Assembly (NCBI GenBank): GCA_963695555.1
Contig: CAVOGR010000001.1
Location: 96,001 to 160,000, forward strand
Direction: 5' to 3'
DNA: 64,000 nucleotides
Source: an uncultured Gemmatimonadales bacterium
Lineage (GTDB): Bacteria; Gemmatimonadota; Gemmatimonadetes; Gemmatimonadales; GWC2-71-9
Part shown: piece by piece, positions 1 through 8,590 of the stretch
How positions within the stretch are numbered: the stretch's first letter is position 1
Layout of the letters: every line of letters begins with the position of its first letter
Translations under genes and position numbers: made by a program
The notes under the pieces: generated by a model
Told to the model about the DNA's origin: nothing
Database searches by the model: none
The model's input: only the letters and a program-made list of their open reading frames with translations

Positions 1-291
1 GATCCACATGGGGATGACTTCGGGCGGAACGCCGATGGCAGTGAGAATGGGGCGAGTGCCTTCGATCAGCCAATCGAGGGCCCCGGACGCCCGGAACATG
101 CCGATAGCGAACAGGATGGCAACGAGGTACGGGATGATGGTGACCGCGACCTTGAATCCTTCCTTCGCGCCCTCGACGAATTCCTCGTAGACCGGGACCC
201 GCTTGTACAAGCCATACAGGGGGAATCCGATGATCACGCTCGGAAGGACGAAGACCGAGAGCAGATCGATAGCGTTGCGGAGCGTTTCCAT
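1..291 (-). CDS. spmB: Spore maturation protein B family / nucleoside-recognition Gate-domain membrane protein (3' part outside window)
   Basis: Manual translation from ATG at 291: METLRNAIDLLSVFVLPSVIIGFPLYGLYKRVPVYEEFVEGAKEGFKVAVTIIPYLVAILFAIGMFRASGALD, a typical SpmB N-terminus; directly downstream of spmA. Confidence 0.9.
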   Translation of the reverse strand, partial: METLRNAIDLLSVFVLPSVIIGFPLYGLYKRVPVYEEFVEGAKEGFKVAVTIIPYLVAILFAIGMFRASGALDWLIEGTRPILTAIGVPPEVIPMWI

Positions 292-302
292 GGCGTCGTG
301 TC

Positions 303-1298
303 TCAGTCGGCGCCGGACGTTGCCGGCGGGGACTGGTGCATGGTGGGATCGCTCTCCCGATACCCCTTGAGCCGGCCGAGGAGCCGCGTGGCCACAATGG
401 CCACAACCAAGGAACAGGCGGTGACGATGAAGATCGAGAAGAACAGTTGATTGACCTGAAGGCCCATGATGGCCACCAACAGCACCGGCGGCACGATCTG
501 CACGCTTGCCGTATTCATGGCCAACAGCATGACCATGGAATTGGTGGCGGTATCCTTGACCGGATTCAGGGTCTGCAACTCTTCCATGGCCTTGATGCCG
601 AGGGGTGTGGCGGCATTTCCCAGGCCCAGCACGTTGGCGGACAAGTTCAGGACGATCATGCCCAACGCCGGGTGATCCTTGGGGATTTCCGGGAACAACG
701 GGCGAATGATTGGCTGGACCAGCTTGACGATCAGGTGGATCAAGCCGGCCTTCTCCGCAATGCGAAGCAGCCCAAGCCAGAGGGCGAGGGCGCCGATGAG
801 GCTCAGCGCGATGGTGACGGCCGTCTCGGCAAAATCGAATGCGGCGGTGGTGATGGCGCTCATCTTGACGAATCGAACGGGCGCGAAGAGAACGGCCGAC
901 GCAATGAGGGTATCGCCGCCGCCGCCTCGGAGATCGACTACACCCCGCAGGTCGTTGTCCCGTTTTGACGTGAAGCTACGGATCGTGCTCAATGGCTCGG
1001 GGAGGGGTACATCCTTGGCAAACTGAAGTTGCTGGCCCTCCTGGGTCTGGATGAGCGTCCCGCTGAAGGACGGGGCGAGCGAGGCCTCGGTCGCGTACAG
1101 CTGCCGGAACGTGTCCACCTCGACCCGAACGTCAACGGGTTGCCGGCGTGCCTCGGGTTGATAGCGGTCAGGGAAGTGGATGGTGACTGGAAGCGGCGTG
1201 CCGTTTCGGTAGACATCTCTGGCCAGGTCGCGCGTATCCGAGGCCAGGGCAAAGACCAAGCTCGAGATGATCAGTCCGGCCCAGATGTAGTTCAGCAC
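303..1298 (-). CDS. spmA: Spore maturation protein A family (Gate domain) with a large soluble insertion after the first TM
   Basis: MLNYIW start; LWLGLLRIAEKAGL, LFPEIPKDHPA, ANVLGLGNAATPLGIKAMEELQ motifs. Confidence 0.9.
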   Translation of the reverse strand: MLNYIWAGLIISSLVFALASDTRDLARDVYRNGTPLPVTIHFPDRYQPEARRQPVDVRVEVDTFRQLYATEASLAPSFSGTLIQTQEGQQLQFAKDVPLPEPLSTIRSFTSKRDNDLRGVVDLRGGGGDTLIASAVLFAPVRFVKMSAITTAAFDFAETAVTIALSLIGALALWLGLLRIAEKAGLIHLIVKLVQPIIRPLFPEIPKDHPALGMIVLNLSANVLGLGNAATPLGIKAMEELQTLNPVKDTATNSMVMLLAMNTASVQIVPPVLLVAIMGLQVNQLFFSIFIVTACSLVVAIVATRLLGRLKGYRESDPTMHQSPPATSGAD

Positions 1299-1300
1299 GC

Positions 1301-2230
1301 TCAGTCGCCTTCGGCGGCCGTGGTTGGGTGGTGGCGGAGCCGGGTGAACACGTCCGTCACGTGGTCACGGCCCTCGGGGCCGTTGGCGTCGAAGTACCAG
1401 AAACATTCGATATCGCCGCGGTTCATCAAGAGTTGCATCGTCCCCTGCGACCTATGCTCGGCGATGACCCAGTTGGCGATGATCTTATAGTCGAGCCGGT
1501 CGTTGAGGCCGAACTTCTGTGTTCGATCGAAGCGTGCCAGGGGCGCGCCCCCCGACACCCGCGTCGACGGGTAGCCGTCGAGCCCTTCGAACCGCATCTC
1601 CTGGGTTTGGTCCAGCGGACATACAAACCCGCCGAGCACCAGGGGACGGCGCGCCGGTGGAAGGGAGAGTGCCGCGGTGAGCGCCATGATCGTGGCCGAC
1701 TTGTGATGCCCGTGGGTGTCCGGGAATGGCAGGAGTCCAAGGACGAGGTCGTACGAACCCTCTGAGAGGATTGCGGCGAGTCGCTTCCGGACGGCCACCG
1801 TGTCCCACACCGCACGGAGCACCGAATCTGCGCTCAGGGTATAGCCGCGATCGGGTTGATCGAGGAAGAAATAGTTGCGGATGCCCACGATCGCTCCGCC
1901 CGCCATCAGCTCGCGCTTTCGTATCGCCGGGAGATACTGTCGGGCCACGCGCTCGTCGGTGAGCTGGAGGCCGTAGATCGGCTCCGCCAGGGTGGCATAG
2001 CGATACCCGCCGGCGCCGTCGGTCACAAGCGCCAGGTCCACCGCCCCGCCGAACTGGTGGGTAATCCGATACACCGTGGCCGCGAACGCCGCGTCGTCAT
2101 CCGGGTGCGCGGTGACCAGGAGTACCCGGATGGACGGGTTCACCTGTTGCTGTGCCGTCATCGGGAGCGGAGCCCCAGCGAGCAGCGCCGCAGCGAGTAG
2201 GGTCAATCTTGCCCAAGCTGTCATGCGCAT
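1301..2230 (-). CDS. Secreted PIG-L family deacetylase
   Basis: Signal peptide; AHPDDD and HGHH metal-binding motifs. Confidence 0.85.
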   Translation of the reverse strand: MRMTAWARLTLLAAALLAGAPLPMTAQQQVNPSIRVLLVTAHPDDDAAFAATVYRITHQFGGAVDLALVTDGAGGYRYATLAEPIYGLQLTDERVARQYLPAIRKRELMAGGAIVGIRNYFFLDQPDRGYTLSADSVLRAVWDTVAVRKRLAAILSEGSYDLVLGLLPFPDTHGHHKSATIMALTAALSLPPARRPLVLGGFVCPLDQTQEMRFEGLDGYPSTRVSGGAPLARFDRTQKFGLNDRLDYKIIANWVIAEHRSQGTMQLLMNRGDIECFWYFDANGPEGRDHVTDVFTRLRHHPTTAAEGD

Positions 2231-2332
2231 CCTCCGGTTCCGCCCAGACCCACCGCGATGCGATCTGCGCGGGGAATGCCGAGGGGCGGCAGGTTCATGG
2301 TAGCCTGAGCCGGCCCCGAAGCAAGGGACCGG

Positions 2333-2971
2333 CTAGAACGACTCCGCCCGGTAGACCTCACCCTCGACGAGCCCATCGGGATGGGGCCGGGTATTCCGGA
2401 ACGTCACTGGCCTGGTATCGCAGGTCGGACCCAGTAAGGTATCACCACAGCTCTGCCGCACCACGTCAAAGTGGAGGCTTGGCGCCAGGCTGCTTCCGGT
2501 ATTGCCGCTCAAGCCGATGATGTCGCCTTGGATCACTGCCTGGCCGAGCTTGACCGGGGCGCCCCAGCGGGTGAGGTGATAGTAGCGACCCACTGTCCCG
2601 TCGCTATGGAGCACGTAGACCCGATTGTCTTTGGTCGGCGTGCCATTCCCGTCCGTGTACCGCTCTTCGATGCCAATGACGACACCGGATCGTGCGGCGT
2701 GGACATAGGTCCGGATGGGCATCGCGAAGTCGTAGGCATACCGCGCAATCCCGCGGTGGGTTGGATGGGCGCCGCAGTTACCCCGTAGAACCACGTGGGA
2801 CTGCCCCACGTCCCATGGCAGCACGTAGGGAGACAGGGTCTGGTCGGGATAACCGGCGCAGGTCTCCTCGGGGAGCGGCTCGTTGGGCGGCTCGGCTGGG
2901 AGGGCGCGGGTGTCGTCCCCGCAGCTCGCGAGCGCCATGGTACAGAAGACGAGGAGTGAATCTCGACGCAT
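2333..2971 (-). CDS. M23 family metallopeptidase-like lipoprotein
   Basis: Lipobox LASC; YAYDF, AARSGVV, YYHL, V..GD.IGLSGNTG, SLHF motifs. Confidence 0.85.
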   Translation of the reverse strand: MRRDSLLVFCTMALASCGDDTRALPAEPPNEPLPEETCAGYPDQTLSPYVLPWDVGQSHVVLRGNCGAHPTHRGIARYAYDFAMPIRTYVHAARSGVVIGIEERYTDGNGTPTKDNRVYVLHSDGTVGRYYHLTRWGAPVKLGQAVIQGDIIGLSGNTGSSLAPSLHFDVVRQSCGDTLLGPTCDTRPVTFRNTRPHPDGLVEGEVYRAESF

Positions 2972-2978
2972 GCGCGAC

Positions 2979-3620
2979 CTACTGGGTGGATGACTCCTCT
3001 TCGGGCACGTCGCGGAAGCGGATCGGTCCCGCCTTTTCCGGGCGCTTGGCTGTCGCGCCCTCGTAGAACCGGCGGATCGCCACGAGATCGTGGTCGAGGT
3101 TGCCCGAAGGATGGATCGGTTCGCCCATTCGGCACTCGCGTCGCGGGTAATCGAACGTGACCGGAGTGATGGGCACGCCCGCCGCCGCGGCGATGTGGTA
3201 AAACCCCGACTTCCAGTACTCGGTCCGCTTCCGGGTGCCCTCCGGCGTGATCACGAGGAGGAAACGCTCATGCCCTCGAAGCTCATCCACCATCTGCGGT
3301 ACGATGTCGTGGGGACGACTTCGGTCGATCCGGAGACCCCCGATGGCCCGCATCAGACCGGCCACGGGCCAGCGGAACATTGTGTGCTTCATCATGAAGC
3401 CATAGGGCCACTGTCGGAGTAGGCCCGATGCGAAGCCGAAGACGAGCCCGATCGGGAGGTCCCAGTTCGAGGTGTGCGGCGCCACGATCAGGACACTCTT
3501 CGGCACCTGGGGCAAGGTGCCCACCACACGCCAGCGTATCAGCCTGAGCAACCCATTGGCGATCCGCTCGAGAACGCCCTCAGGCGTCTTCGGTGCAATG
3601 ACGGGCAGCGGGACGGTCAT
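2979..3620 (-). CDS. 1-acyl-sn-glycerol-3-phosphate acyltransferase family protein
   Basis: HTSNWD (HxxxxD) and PEGTR motifs. Confidence 0.9.
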   Translation of the reverse strand: MTVPLPVIAPKTPEGVLERIANGLLRLIRWRVVGTLPQVPKSVLIVAPHTSNWDLPIGLVFGFASGLLRQWPYGFMMKHTMFRWPVAGLMRAIGGLRIDRSRPHDIVPQMVDELRGHERFLLVITPEGTRKRTEYWKSGFYHIAAAAGVPITPVTFDYPRRECRMGEPIHPSGNLDHDLVAIRRFYEGATAKRPEKAGPIRFRDVPEEESSTQ

Positions 3621-3639
3621 GACCCGCCAGCCGAGGCCG

Positions 3640-4308
3640 TCAGTTGCCTTGGGCCGCCTGGCGCCGGGCTGCGGCCTGCATCTTATCGCTCGCGTAGATC
3701 GCGACTTCGACCCGCCGGTTCAGCCTCCGGCCCTGATCGGCGTCGTTGGAGGCCACCGGTTCGGTCTCACCACGACCCGCGGTCCGCAGGCGGCCGTCGC
3801 TCACCCCGCGAAACCTGAGATAGCTGGCGGCGGCGGCGGCCCGTCGGTCGGACAGCCCGAGATTGTACGCATCCGTTCCGACGTCATCGGTATGGCCGAC
3901 GATGAGCAGGTCGGTATCGGGGTACTTGTCGAGGCTCCTGGCCAATGCGGTCAGGTTTGCCCGGGCTTCGGGGAGCACGACGTCCGAATCGAAGGCGAAC
4001 AAGATACCCGACTGAAAGGTCACCTTGATGCCCTCCCCAACCCGCTCGACGGTTGCCCCCTCGATGTTCTGCTCGAGTTCCTTCGCCTGCTTGTCCATGA
4101 TCGAGCCGATGATGGCACCGGCGGCGCCACCGACCGCGGCCCCGATGATCGCACCCTGGGCGGTCCCGCCGCCCACGCCGGTGACAGCACCAATGACCGC
4201 TCCACCGGCCGCACCGACGGCAGCGCCGGTCTGTGTCTTGGTGGCGCATCCGAGGGTAAGCGATCCGATGGCCAGTCCGGCAACAACAAATCGAGAAACG
4301 TTCGACAT
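3640..4308 (-). CDS. OmpA-family lipoprotein with glycine zipper (YiaD-like)
   Basis: Lipobox TLGC; GAAVGAAGGA glycine zipper; GHTD..G...YN..LS.RRA and NRRVE OmpA_C motifs. Confidence 0.92.
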   Translation of the reverse strand: MSNVSRFVVAGLAIGSLTLGCATKTQTGAAVGAAGGAVIGAVTGVGGGTAQGAIIGAAVGGAAGAIIGSIMDKQAKELEQNIEGATVERVGEGIKVTFQSGILFAFDSDVVLPEARANLTALARSLDKYPDTDLLIVGHTDDVGTDAYNLGLSDRRAAAAASYLRFRGVSDGRLRTAGRGETEPVASNDADQGRRLNRRVEVAIYASDKMQAAARRQAAQGN

Positions 4309-4460
4309 TTGCGTGGTCCTCCCTTGTAGGCTGCGAGTGGTCGACGCGGAGAATTTCAGACTCGTTGGTCCACGCCGACTCCCTATTCAGATTAGCGGAC
4401 CGACGGCGATCAGCCAACTGGGCGGGTCGAAGCCGCCGAGGGATACAGCCCCCGGCTCCC

Positions 4461-4559
4461 GTTATCTTGCGCTGGTTGGGAAACCCGATCCCAAATGGGA
4501 GTAGAAGCCATGTCCATGGGCACACCCACCCACGCTGACCGACGTCGAGCGCGGATGAC
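4461..4559 (+). ncRNA. Candidate structured RNA, miniature 6S-RNA-like
   Basis: Closing stem GUUAUC-UGCGCU/AGCGCG-GAUGAC, GGUUGG/CUGACC, unpaired central region, inner stem UGGGAGU...ACACCCA; G.U pairs favour the plus strand; GC hairpin follows at 4559-4577. Confidence 0.35.
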
Positions 4560-4647
4560 CCGGCGGCTCCCGCCGGGCCCGTGTCCTCGTGCCGACACGG
4601 CCGTCCTCCAGCGCCGCACTCTCGACTAGCCGAACCGGCCGGGTTCC

Positions 4648-4842
4648 GTGGAACACCTCTGCCCTCTCTGCGGCTCACCCGATCTGGTGCCGATCGTCTA
4701 CGGCACTCCGGATACCACCACTGCCCAGCACGCGGAGTCAGGGCGGGTGCACCTTGGCGGAACGCGTGCCAGGACGAATGCTCCCGATGCGCACTGCCGT
4801 CGGTGTGGGTATGAATGGCGCCGCAGGGAAGGTCTGGCATGA
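4648..4842 (+). CDS. Small zinc-ribbon protein
   Basis: CPLCGS..VPIVYG.P ... CRRCGYEW (two CxxC); stop overlaps next ATG (ATGA). Confidence 0.75.
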   Translation: MEHLCPLCGSPDLVPIVYGTPDTTTAQHAESGRVHLGGTRARTNAPDAHCRRCGYEWRRREGLA

Positions 4843-5531
4843 CCGGGGCCGGAGACCATCCCGCCCCGGCGCGTCCGCACGCCTTTCTCCGCACCGCGAT
4901 CCTGTTCGAGGGAGGCCTGGTCATCCTCGCATTGGGACTCGGATGGCTGTTCCAGGTGCAGCCGTTCGGGTCGGTGCGGCTCACCTGGCGACACATCTCC
5001 GCGGGCCTCCTCGCCACCGCTCCTCCCCTCCTCGCCTTGACCCTGCTCCTGCGATCCAACGCCCCGCGGATCACTCGCTTGGTCCGGGAGGTGGAGCAGA
5101 TGATCGGCCCGCTGTTCGAGGGGGCCACGGTGGGCGCGTTGGCGCTCATCTCCATCCTCGCCGGTGTCGGCGAAGAGAGCCTGTTCCGCGGGGTCCTCCA
5201 ACCCGCGCTCGGGTCGGTGACCGGGCCCTGGGTGGCGCTCGTGGTGGTCAGTGCCGTGTTCGGACTGGTCCACTCCGTCACCGCCACCTACGCTGTTTTG
5301 GCTGGGGTGATCGGGCTGTATCTGGGGTGGCTCTTCCTCTGGACCGGCAACCTCCTGGTGCCGATCGCAGTTCACGCGCTGTACGACTTCGTAGCCCTGG
5401 CCGTCCTGGTACGCCGACTCCGCGCGGGTGGCGGCGATGGCCCGGAGCGGCTCCCGCGGGCCGAGGCGCCGGCACGAGACGAGCCCAGCTTCACGAACCC
5501 ACCACATTATAGATCGAGCGATCAAGAATAA
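4839..5531 (+). CDS. CPBP (CAAX/Abi) family intramembrane glutamic endopeptidase
   Basis: EESLFRG, FGLVH, HALYD motifs; multiple TMs; start set at the ATG overlapping the upstream stop. Confidence 0.9.
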   Translation: MTGAGDHPAPARPHAFLRTAILFEGGLVILALGLGWLFQVQPFGSVRLTWRHISAGLLATAPPLLALTLLLRSNAPRITRLVREVEQMIGPLFEGATVGALALISILAGVGEESLFRGVLQPALGSVTGPWVALVVVSAVFGLVHSVTATYAVLAGVIGLYLGWLFLWTGNLLVPIAVHALYDFVALAVLVRRLRAGGGDGPERLPRAEAPARDEPSFTNPPHYRSSDQE

Positions 5532-6121
5532 TTGACTTTGGGAATCCCTGCGGCCAGGAGCGTGGCCTCGGCGGTCTGGCGGAGGATATCCACCGGAACT
5601 CGGGCCTTTGCTGCAACGAGCAGGCCGAGTGTGGCACAGGTCAGGAGCCGGGCGGCCGCCTGGGGATCCTTCAGCCCGCTAGCCGTGACGTGCCCCTGGG
5701 CCTGGGCCCGTTCAAAGGCCGTGCGGAACCCGGCATCCAACCGCCGCAGGTGCTCGGTCACCCGGGAGTGGACCTGGGTGTCTCGGGGCGCCACCTCGAT
5801 CGCGCTGTTCACCATGAAGCAAGCAGGCGGGCTAGCTTGGGCCTGGTAGTCGATCAGGCGTTCAAAAAACCCACGAATGGCATGCGCTCCGCCCGCCTCG
5901 AGACGGCTCAGGAGGTACGAGACCGGGACGGCCGAATACCGATCCAGCGCCTGCCGGTAGAGATCGATCTTGTTGCCGAAGGTGTCGTAGAGGCTTTGGC
6001 GGCCGATCCCGAGGTGACGCTCGAGGTCGGCCAACGAGGTGGCCTCGTAGCCCTGGCGCCAGAACAGGTCCATGGCTCGGTCGAGGGTCGAGGTCTGGTC
6101 GAATTCCTTGGGACGTGCCAC
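5522..6121 (-). CDS. TetR/AcrR family regulator (NemR/ComR-like)
   Basis: MARPKEFD, FWRQGYEATS, SLYDTFGNK HTH; C-terminal CFMVNSAIE. Confidence 0.92.
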   Translation of the reverse strand: MARPKEFDQTSTLDRAMDLFWRQGYEATSLADLERHLGIGRQSLYDTFGNKIDLYRQALDRYSAVPVSYLLSRLEAGGAHAIRGFFERLIDYQAQASPPACFMVNSAIEVAPRDTQVHSRVTEHLRRLDAGFRTAFERAQAQGHVTASGLKDPQAAARLLTCATLGLLVAAKARVPVDILRQTAEATLLAAGIPKVNYS

Positions 6122-6139
6122 GCCGCGGTCCTCCGATTC

Positions 6140-6183
6140 GGGATCTCACGGTCAAGAGTGGTAATTTTTGATCTAATAGTCAA
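6140..6183. promoter_or_regulatory. Two putative TetR operators upstream of the tetR gene
   Basis: Minus strand TTGACTATTAGATCAA (6168-6183) and TTGACCGTGAGATCCC (6140-6155), related imperfect palindromes in an AT-rich patch. Confidence 0.5.
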
Positions 6184-6206
6184 GAAAAATAGATAGGTGG
6201 GCAAGA

Positions 6207-6245
6207 CGAAGCCCCCCGCCCTCATGGAGAGGGCGGGGGGCTTCG
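6207..6245 (-). terminator. Strong hairpin / probable intrinsic terminator
   Basis: 17-bp perfect stem CGAAGCCCCCCGCCCTC/GAGGGCGGGGGGCTTCG just after the 6257 stop; weak U-tail. Confidence 0.7.
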
Positions 6246-6256
6246 ATGCAGCCGCG

Positions 6257-7165
6257 TCAGTCTTCTACGATGATGAGATACTTCGACGGCGCCCAGAAGT
6301 CGTCCGCCGAGGCGATTGCGATGCCGCCCTTCACCTTGGCGTTCTTCTCGATGGGTGTCGCCAGATACGCCAGGTTCTGCCGCGAAATGATCTTGTACTC
6401 CTTGTCCGGTTGCGGGAAGGTGATCTCGGTGAGCTCACGCTTGTCCGCGCGGGTAAACAGGCTGTCGCTCAGGGTCCGGGCCGGCTGGAGACTCTTCCCG
6501 CCGAAGAAGAGGAACTTGCTGCCCTCTTCAACCGCGACGCCGCTGGCGATCAGGTCCTGCTTGCTGCCGATCACGTAGTAGACCGTCTTGTCCTTGACGT
6601 TGAGGGTCTCGACCGTGTCCAGGAGCGCCACATTCTCGGTAGCGATGGAGTCCTTCTCCTGGGCCAGCTGGACGTTCCGCTGCTCGAGCTCCGAGACCTG
6701 CCCCACCAGGGACTGAATGGTCAGCCGCTGGGTCTCGATGATGTTCTGGAAGCCCGAGATGTCGAAGGTCAGGCTGTCCATGCCCTTGGTCAGCGAGCGG
6801 ATCTTGCTCTGGCTCGCCCGCAGGCGGGCTTCACTCTCGTCGACCCGGCTAGCCAGGTCCTTGATCTTGCCGAGCAAGACCTCACGGTTGGTCATCGGGC
6901 CAGACTCGGGGGACACGACCGCAACGCCGCCCTTCCGATCCTTGACCTTGGCGACCTCCGCGCCGATGTCGCTCAGGAGCTTGCTGTTCTCCACCACCTC
7001 GCCCAGCAGGCTATCCTTCTCGGCGGAGACCAGGCTCAACTGTTCGATCTTCTGGTTCAATTCCTCGACCACCTGCTCATGCGCGGCCTGATTACAGCCG
7101 ACGAGCATGAGTGGCACGGCGAGCATGAACGCTCCCAGCTTGACGATACCGCGACTCACATACAT
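6257..7165 (-). CDS. Coiled-coil lipoprotein with C-terminal beta-rich domain (reminiscent of Bacteroidota Cbp1-like proteins)
   Basis: AAGGAG RBS upstream; lipobox LVGC; long heptad region; TVYYVIGSKQDL...FWAPSKYLII C-terminus. Confidence 0.7.
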   Translation of the reverse strand: MYVSRGIVKLGAFMLAVPLMLVGCNQAAHEQVVEELNQKIEQLSLVSAEKDSLLGEVVENSKLLSDIGAEVAKVKDRKGGVAVVSPESGPMTNREVLLGKIKDLASRVDESEARLRASQSKIRSLTKGMDSLTFDISGFQNIIETQRLTIQSLVGQVSELEQRNVQLAQEKDSIATENVALLDTVETLNVKDKTVYYVIGSKQDLIASGVAVEEGSKFLFFGGKSLQPARTLSDSLFTRADKRELTEITFPQPDKEYKIISRQNLAYLATPIEKNAKVKGGIAIASADDFWAPSKYLIIVED

Positions 7166-7433
7166 TGGCACATTCTCCTTCATATTCGCAGATGAGGCCA
7201 GGCAGGCGTAGGGACCAGGCCAGTTGAGCATCCATTAAAGATGCGCTAGTGCCACGGGAAAGAGTAGGCGCAATCATAACGTCATGTTGGTGAACGTGTT
7301 ACGCTTCTGCACTCCGCCCCCCCGCCCCGCGTCGCCTTCGGCGCGACCGGCGACCATGCCAAATTCCGTCTGACTCCTGCCCCGGTCTCCGGGTACACTA
7401 CTCCGTTTTCACTCGAGGTTGGGACACCCCCGA

Positions 7434-7904
7434 ATGAGCACCGACCCCACCCACGGTACCCATCCCCAGCTCGCCGGCTTCCCAGTCGTCCTGACCCTAC
7501 CTGTCCAGTGGGGTGAGATGGACGCGTATGGACACGTCAACAACGCGGTCCTCTTTCGTTATTTCGAGTCCGCGCGAATCGCCTACCTCGAGCGGTGCGG
7601 GTTCATCGATTCGATGGAGCAGGACCGTGTGGGTGCCATCCTGCATTCCACCGCCTGCCGGTTCCGGCTGCCGTTGTTTTACCCGGACACGGTCCAGGTC
7701 GGGGCGCGGGCCACCGACGTCGGGCCCGATCGATTCACGATGGAATACCGCGTCGTGTCGTTCGACAAGAATGCGGTGGCCGCCGAGGGGCACGGCGTGA
7801 TCGTATCCTACGACTACACGCACGCCCGCAAGGCGGACCTTCCGTTGGCCATCCGGCGGAAGATCGCATTGCTCGAGGGCGAACGCGATTCCCGGTCTAC
7901 CTGA
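7434..7904 (+). CDS. Acyl-CoA thioesterase (4HBT/hotdog family)
   Basis: WGEMDAYGHVNNAVLFRYFESAR motif. Confidence 0.9.
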   Translation: MSTDPTHGTHPQLAGFPVVLTLPVQWGEMDAYGHVNNAVLFRYFESARIAYLERCGFIDSMEQDRVGAILHSTACRFRLPLFYPDTVQVGARATDVGPDRFTMEYRVVSFDKNAVAAEGHGVIVSYDYTHARKADLPLAIRRKIALLEGERDSRST

Positions 7905-7906
7905 CC

Positions 7907-8590
7907 ATGTCAGATTCAGCCCTCAGCTTTGACGACGTCTCCAAGCGGTACGGCGATTCCGGCGTGGGCGTCCGGACCGCTCTCGCCGCCGTCTCGTTCG
8001 ACGTCGCGCGAGGAGAAACCATCGCCATTGTCGGCCGAAGCGGCAGTGGAAAGTCCACCTTGCTTCACCTCGCGGCCGGCATCGACCTCCCCACCTCGGG
8101 CCGCGTCCGGGCGTTCGGCAGGGATCTCGCCGGCATGACCGAGCGTGAACGGGCCCGGTTCCGCCGCGACGACGTGGGCCTCGTCTTCCAGTTCTTCCAC
8201 CTGATGCCGCACCTCTCCGTCCGCGAGAACGTGGCCCTGCCGGCGCTGATTGCCAGGAGCAAACCCGCGGTCTTCGAGCCGCGCGTCAGGGATTTGCTCG
8301 AGCGGGTGTCGTTAGCGGACCGAGCCAAGGATTCAGTTCAGGAGCTGAGCGGCGGGGAGATGCAGCGGGTTGCCATCTGTCGTGCTCTCGTCCGGCGCCC
8401 CAGGCTGCTGCTCGCCGACGAGCCAACGGGCAATCTCGATGACCTGACCGGGCGATCCGTGATGGACCTCATGATGCAATTGGTCAGCGATGAGGGCGCG
8501 ACCCTGGTCTTCGTGACGCACAGCGCCGAAATGGCAAGCCGAGCCGACACGGTGTGGTCGCTTCATAGCGGGAGACTCGCTCGCGCGTGA
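7907..8590 (+). CDS. ABC transporter ATP-binding protein (LolD/AttE-like)
   Basis: GRSGSGKST, LSGGEMQRVAICRAL, LLADEPTGNLD; start is the ATG at 7907, not 7595. Confidence 0.93.
   Translation: MSDSALSFDDVSKRYGDSGVGVRTALAAVSFDVARGETIAIVGRSGSGKSTLLHLAAGIDLPTSGRVRAFGRDLAGMTERERARFRRDDVGLVFQFFHLMPHLSVRENVALPALIARSKPAVFEPRVRDLLERVSLADRAKDSVQELSGGEMQRVAICRALVRRPRLLLADEPTGNLDDLTGRSVMDLMMQLVSDEGATLVFVTHSAEMASRADTVWSLHSGRLARA

Noticed and set aside
3884..5287. 467-aa minus-strand ORF and similar long Arg/Pro/Gly-rich alternative frames (e.g. 54437-55771, 9097-10185)
   Set aside because: They overlap well-supported genes and show GC-driven shadow composition
7595..7906. N-terminal extension of the ABC ATPase ORF
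   Set aside because: Overlaps the thioesterase in another frame; ATG 7907 gives a normal-length protein
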